From Truepera sp. (lineage in GTDB: Bacteria > Deinococcota > Deinococci > Deinococcales > Trueperaceae), in contig CBDCKW010000009.1 of assembly GCA_965218435.1 (NCBI GenBank), positions 1,728,001-1,792,000 on the forward strand: DNA of 64,000 bases, given 5' to 3'. The notes below the pieces were generated by a model. It worked only from the letters and a program-made list of their open reading frames with translations, searched no databases and was not told the DNA's origin. The position numbers and the translations under genes were made by a program. This document shows positions 59,317 through 64,000 of this stretch, one piece after another. Position 1 is the first letter of the stretch; every line of letters begins with the position of its first letter.

Positions 59317-60584
59317 AATTTGGTTCCACTGTGGCGCTGTTCGCCTTAGCCGCGCTTTTAGGTGCTTGTACCGGCAGTTTCGAGGCTCCCAACCCTGTTC
59401 TGCTCGTCACCGGTTACCGAGACGCGACCGGCGCAAAGGTCGCACTGATTCGGGACGATCCCAACCCCAGAGTGCGGAACAACCGGCTGACCTTTTTGCC
59501 GCAAAGTGTCCGGACGCTGCCCGCACCCGCAGTGTCTTACGACGTGGTTGACCGGGAACGGGCACGCAGCGCCCTCGTCGTGTTGTCGCGGAGACCAATA
59601 AACGGTCCCACCGGCTCAGACGGCTTTTTAACGACGTTTTCACTGACCGGGATTGACCCGAACAGTCCGGTAGCCTTCGCCAAACGGAGCGAGGTTAAGG
59701 TCAACGACTTTCAACCGGTGACGCGCCTCATCAACCCGATTTTTTGTGCCAGCCGCCTTCAAGTCTCCCAAGGTGGGGACTACGCGGCGGTGCTCAACAC
59801 GCCCAGCCTCTGCGGGTTACAAGCGCAGCCTTTTATAGACATTTTAGACCTGCGCAACTCACGGCTTTTAGAACGGCTTACAGACGTGAACGGGGTGTCC
59901 TCGAGCGGCTTTTACCTCAGTCAGAACGTCACGCAAGACCTGCTCTACTACGCGACGACACCTTCGGGTAGCCTCGAGCTGCAGCGGGCTGTGCTGCCCC
60001 GCCCCGGTCAGCAGTTCGGTGTCAATGACACGGTTGAACATACCCCTGTTATCTCGGTCCGGACGCCGCCGGGACAGAGCGACGCCCGCGAGCTGCAACG
60101 TGCCGGGAGCAGCACCGAAGAGCGGCTCGTATTTTTGTTTCGTAACAGCTTGGTGAACGTGACCAACTTCGGGATCGGCGGAACGGCCAGGGTCAGCCCC
60201 GTTACCGATACCCTGCGCGACAACGCCTTTGTCGTCCGCGACGACGCACGCCGCCTTGACGCCACCTTTATCTTAAGCACGCCGCAGACAGGAGTTTTTA
60301 CTTATCTACCGCCGCCGTCTGAAGGGAATACCGAACAGGCAAACGCCCGCGTCAGAGCCGTAGACGCCGTGGCCGAACCGACCCAGGACTTAATTTATTT
60401 TGTGATCGGTAGTGAGGCCGTACCAAAAAATGTCGCCCTTTTTAGCGTCGGCGCTTATAACCCCGGTGACCCGCTCCCTAATCCTGCCTCCGACGCGCTC
60501 GCCGTACCGCAGCTGAGTGCGCCGAGCTTTGTAACCTGGACTCGAGCCGCCATTCCCATCACGCCTCAACGTTTAACACCTTAA
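59313..60584 (+). CDS. Lipoprotein of unknown function (beta-rich)
   Basis: Lipobox LLGAC; ATGA overlap with the lptD-like gene. Confidence 0.7.
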   Translation: MKFGSTVALFALAALLGACTGSFEAPNPVLLVTGYRDATGAKVALIRDDPNPRVRNNRLTFLPQSVRTLPAPAVSYDVVDRERARSALVVLSRRPINGPTGSDGFLTTFSLTGIDPNSPVAFAKRSEVKVNDFQPVTRLINPIFCASRLQVSQGGDYAAVLNTPSLCGLQAQPFIDILDLRNSRLLERLTDVNGVSSSGFYLSQNVTQDLLYYATTPSGSLELQRAVLPRPGQQFGVNDTVEHTPVISVRTPPGQSDARELQRAGSSTEERLVFLFRNSLVNVTNFGIGGTARVSPVTDTLRDNAFVVRDDARRLDATFILSTPQTGVFTYLPPPSEGNTEQANARVRAVDAVAEPTQDLIYFVIGSEAVPKNVALFSVGAYNPGDPLPNPASDALAVPQLSAPSFVTWTRAAIPITPQRLTP

Positions 60585-61963
60585 CGCTCGTCGTCTATGG
60601 GTTGCGTTTTAACGTCGGAGGCGTCAGCAGCGAGACCTGGGGCGAAACCCAGTGCCGGATTTTGCCCTTCTCCCCAATAGATCGTCGTATGCGGAAACGG
60701 AATGTCAATCCCTTCGGCGTCGAGCCGGAGTTTAATGCGGCGGCGGAACTCGCGCCCGACGCCCCACTGCTCTTTGGGCAGCGTCTTAAACAACACCCGG
60801 ACGACGATCCCCGACGCGCCGAGCGCCTCGACCCCGGTGACTTCGGGCGGCGCGGTAATCCGCCAACTCCAGCCGAGCGCGTCGGCGAGTTTTCGGGCTT
60901 CGTCGGCGATGACTGAGAGCGCGTGCTCGAGGTCAGCCCGGTACGAAACCTCGAGGTCAACGATACTCCGCGACCACTCTTTCGAGGCGACTGTGACTTT
61001 ATCAATCTGGCCGTTAGGGATGACATGAACCGCGCCGTCAAGCGCCCGAAGCGTCGTTAGGCGGAGGCTCAGACTTTCAACCGCGCCTGAAAGTCCGGCG
61101 ATGGTCACGACGTCGCCGACGCCGAACTGGTCTTCAGCCAGGATAAAAAAGCCGGAGATAAAGTCTTTGACCAAGGACTGTGCGCCAAACGAAATCGCCA
61201 ACCCCAAAATCCCCACCCCGGCGAGCAGCGTCGCCACCGGAAAGCCAACCTGCGCCAGGACAAAAAGAATGAAAAACGTAATCAGCACCAGCTGCGCCGC
61301 CGACTCGACGACGTTACGAATCGTCGCGGCGCGGGCCACCTGACGTTCAAAGCGCTGACCGCTGACCGGCGTCAACGCCCTAGCCGTTTTCCGCACGACC
61401 CGTAAAAGCGTATAGATAATCAACCCGACGACTGCAATAGCGATAATCCGGCCCAGCCCGCCTCCAGCGAGCCACGCCTGCACGGTCAGCGCCACAGATT
61501 GCAACACCGGAACGCGGTAACGAAGTGAAAAAAGTCCGAGCGTCAGGGCAAAACCGAAAAAGACCGCAAACGAGATCAGGTAGCGCCGCAGCAAGGTGGT
61601 ACGCTCGAGTTCCCCCTGTTTCTGCTCATCTTCCCACAGCTCCCGCCTCGTGATAGCGGCCCGCGTATCTTGCGCCCACCGCTCGACTAAAAACCACAAC
61701 ACCCCGAAGAGCAAAAACCCCAGCGACGCGTCGAGAAACAAAGAGCCGAAAAAGTCAAAGGGCGTGTTTTGCACGGCCCGCCCGATTTCGGCAATCCAGC
61801 TCGTATCTTCAAATTCGGCGATCCACTGGCCGTTAAGGAGCGGAATCTCAGTAACGCCTCCGTCCGGCGTACCTGCGCCACCGCTCGCGGTGGCAGCAGG
61901 CGCGTTGGGCGCAGTTTGCGAGGCGTTTTGAACAGGGTTTGACGGGTTAAGCAGCGTCGTCAC
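60581..61963 (-). CDS. MscS family mechanosensitive channel
   Basis: GLAISFGAQSLVKDFISGFFILAEDQFGVGD, IPNG and GIDIPFP. Confidence 0.93.
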   Translation of the reverse strand: MTTLLNPSNPVQNASQTAPNAPAATASGGAGTPDGGVTEIPLLNGQWIAEFEDTSWIAEIGRAVQNTPFDFFGSLFLDASLGFLLFGVLWFLVERWAQDTRAAITRRELWEDEQKQGELERTTLLRRYLISFAVFFGFALTLGLFSLRYRVPVLQSVALTVQAWLAGGGLGRIIAIAVVGLIIYTLLRVVRKTARALTPVSGQRFERQVARAATIRNVVESAAQLVLITFFILFVLAQVGFPVATLLAGVGILGLAISFGAQSLVKDFISGFFILAEDQFGVGDVVTIAGLSGAVESLSLRLTTLRALDGAVHVIPNGQIDKVTVASKEWSRSIVDLEVSYRADLEHALSVIADEARKLADALGWSWRITAPPEVTGVEALGASGIVVRVLFKTLPKEQWGVGREFRRRIKLRLDAEGIDIPFPHTTIYWGEGQNPALGFAPGLAADASDVKTQPIDDER

Positions 61964-61965
61964 CG

Positions 61966-63021
61966 CTACACCTGGGGCGCAGGTGTAGCGGCTTTGGAAG
62001 TTTTTTCAGTTCCGAGTGCCGCCATCCCTGCCAGCAGCTTGGGTACGAGCTGCGCGTCCACCGCCCGCTGCGCGGTGCGGAGCGCGTTCTCGACGGCTTT
62101 CGCGTCCGACGAGCCGTGTCCGATCAACGCGTACCCGTTGACACCCAAAAGCGGCTGCGCCCCGTACTCGCTCGGGTCGAGCCGCGCGGCGATGTTGCGC
62201 AGGGCCGGGCGCACCAAGGCCGCGCCGAGTTTGGTCCCCAGCCCACCACCCGAGAGCGCCTCACGGACCCAGCCGAAGATGACCTTCGCTTCACCTTCGG
62301 CGAGTTTGAGCATCACATTGCCGGTAAAGCCGTCGGCGACGACCACATCGGTTGTTCCCTTTAAGAGGTCGCGCCCTTCGACGTTGCCGAAAAAATTGAC
62401 GCCGGGGGTGCCTTGCAGGAGTTTATACGCTTCACGGGTTAGTTCGTTGCCCTTTTCGGGTTCTTCACCCAAAGAAATCAGGCCGACGCTGGGCTTTTCT
62501 ATGTCGTAAAAAGCTCGAGCGTAGACGCTGCCCATGACTGCAAACTGTTGCAACTGCACCGGGCGACAATCCGCGTTCGCACCGGCGTCAATCAGAGCCG
62601 TAAAGCCCCGGTTGGTCGGGATGTTGGCCAGAATCGCGGGGCGCTCGAGCCCCTTCAGCCGTCCCAGGACAAAGAGCGCCGCCGCCATCGTCGCGCCCGA
62701 ATGCCCAACCGACACACACGCCGACGCTCGAGCGTCTTTAACAAGCCGCATCGCCTGCATGACCGACGAATCTTTACGGCGGCGCACATCGGCGGCGTGG
62801 TCTTCCATCCGGATGACGTCAGCGGCATGGTAAACGGGCAGGTCAGCGTCCTGGCGCTTAAGTTCAGCGCGGAGTACGGTTTCGTCGCCGACTAAGACGA
62901 CGGGAATCCCGGCAGCAGCGGCGGCTTTGGCACCACCCACCGCGGCCTGCGGCATCGCGTCGCCCCCCATCGCGTCAAGGGCGATGGGTTTGAGACCTAA
63001 CGGGTTCATCGCCGTGACCAC
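61966..63021 (-). CDS. plsX: Phosphate acyltransferase PlsX
   Basis: IALDAMGGD, SVGHSGA, DAGANAD, GNVEG, DGFTGN and GHGSS; exact start uncertain (63021, 63018 or 63009). Confidence 0.95.
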   Translation of the reverse strand: MVTAMNPLGLKPIALDAMGGDAMPQAAVGGAKAAAAAGIPVVLVGDETVLRAELKRQDADLPVYHAADVIRMEDHAADVRRRKDSSVMQAMRLVKDARASACVSVGHSGATMAAALFVLGRLKGLERPAILANIPTNRGFTALIDAGANADCRPVQLQQFAVMGSVYARAFYDIEKPSVGLISLGEEPEKGNELTREAYKLLQGTPGVNFFGNVEGRDLLKGTTDVVVADGFTGNVMLKLAEGEAKVIFGWVREALSGGGLGTKLGAALVRPALRNIAARLDPSEYGAQPLLGVNGYALIGHGSSDAKAVENALRTAQRAVDAQLVPKLLAGMAALGTEKTSKAATPAPQV

Positions 63022-63176
63022 CCGAAAAGCGCCGGTTGCACTACCAGTAAGACAAACATAGGCTCAGTATAAATCGCCTAGCTAAGAGAGCCCGCCGTGA
63101 GGCGCACCCGAGTAGACAGACCAGCAGACACTAAACCAGCAGACACCAAACTATAGGTGACACGGTAAAATAACGT

Positions 63177-64000
63177 GTGGACGTAAAAGTTTTTGAGGCA
63201 CCCGCAGGTGAACGCCTCGACGTTGCCGTGTCGGTCGCCGCCGGGTTATCACGCACTTACGCCAAAGCGTTGGTTGTAGGCGGTTACGTGCAACTTGACG
63301 GGCGTCCGGCGGCCAAGGCTTCGCTCAAACTCTCCGGGACCGAGCTCGTCTCGGTGCTGCTCCCGCCGCCCAAACCCATGCGAGTTGAACCTGAAGACTT
63401 AGCGTTAGGCGTCATCTACGAAGACAACGACCTCGCCGCCGTCAACAAACCCCCCGGCATGACGGCCCATCCAACCGCGTCGGTGAGGAGCGGTACGGTC
63501 GTCAACGCGCTCTTGGCCAAGATGCCTTTAGCTAAAGAGAAGTCGTTCGATCCGGAAGCGGGCGACTACCGCCCCGGCATCGTCCACCGCTTAGACAAAG
63601 ACACCTCGGGCGTGATGGTCGTTGCGAAAACCCTGGAAGCGCACCGCGACCTTTCGGCGGCGTTCAAAAAACGCCTGACTGAAAAAGAGTACGTTGCCAT
63701 CGCAGTGGGTAAGCTTGACGACGACCTCTATATGGACGGCCCTATCGGACGGCACCCCCAGCATGGCCGGAAGATGACCGTCGGCGGCGGCAATCCGCGC
63801 AGCGCCTCGACGTATTTCCGGGTGCTGGCGCGTGCGCCGCAAAAAAACGGGATGCAGCACCTGCTCGTCCGGGCGAAGCCGCACACGGGCCGGACACACC
63901 AGATACGGGTTCATTTAGCGCATCTAGGTGCGCCGATTTTGAGCGACAAACTTTATGGGAAGGGCTCGAGCCTCATCTCTCGGCAAGCCCTGCACGCCCT
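63177..64000 (+). CDS. rluD: RluA/RluD family pseudouridine synthase, 3' end outside window
   Basis: Manual translation: GERLD (S4 domain), IYED..NKPPGM..HP, RPGIVHRLDKDTSG and TGRTHQIRVH; TAAAAT 5 nt before GTG. Confidence 0.9.
   Translation, partial: MDVKVFEAPAGERLDVAVSVAAGLSRTYAKALVVGGYVQLDGRPAAKASLKLSGTELVSVLLPPPKPMRVEPEDLALGVIYEDNDLAAVNKPPGMTAHPTASVRSGTVVNALLAKMPLAKEKSFDPEAGDYRPGIVHRLDKDTSGVMVVAKTLEAHRDLSAAFKKRLTEKEYVAIAVGKLDDDLYMDGPIGRHPQHGRKMTVGGGNPRSASTYFRVLARAPQKNGMQHLLVRAKPHTGRTHQIRVHLAHLGAPILSDKLYGKGSSLISRQALHA

Noticed and set aside
360..63914. Numerous antisense or overlapping ORFs in the track (e.g. 52804-53490, 61994-62509, 14999-15547)
   Set aside because: Shadow frames of well-supported genes, typical of high-GC DNA

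Overview
About 59% GC bacterial chromosome segment, most likely Deinococcota (Truepera-like). Supporting signs: LysW-pathway lysK, split gcvPA/gcvPB, a c-di-GMP-II riboswitch, many leaderless-type promoters and an LptF/G/D-like operon. Housekeeping genes (trpS, tctABC, ackA-pta, hup, xylB, galT, iscA-like, gcvH-PA-PB, trmB, plsX, rluD, tRNA-Val) are mixed with accessory loci. Top candidates for undescribed systems: (1) A membrane-arm-only complex I operon, nuoA-H-J-K-L-M-N (38884-46135), with no hydrophilic subunits. It has eroded quinone/peripheral-arm interfaces, a His/Met-rich insert in NuoJ and a lengthened NuoL helix, and lies behind a DUF305 metal-binding gene with a CsoR-like operator. 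(2) A TPR/winged-helix regulator next to an unannotated 38-aa secreted peptide gene (25489-28405), resembling a peptide-signalling cassette. (3) A three-gene non-cellulosomal cohesin-dockerin surface operon with a catalytically degenerate metzincin (9583-11791). Also present: a c-di-GMP-II riboswitch on a surface lipoprotein gene, an HD-GYP pseudogene, a single-chain R-M enzyme with a low-GC specificity region, and strong CTCGAG over-representation. All calls are by eye from motifs; no database searches were run.
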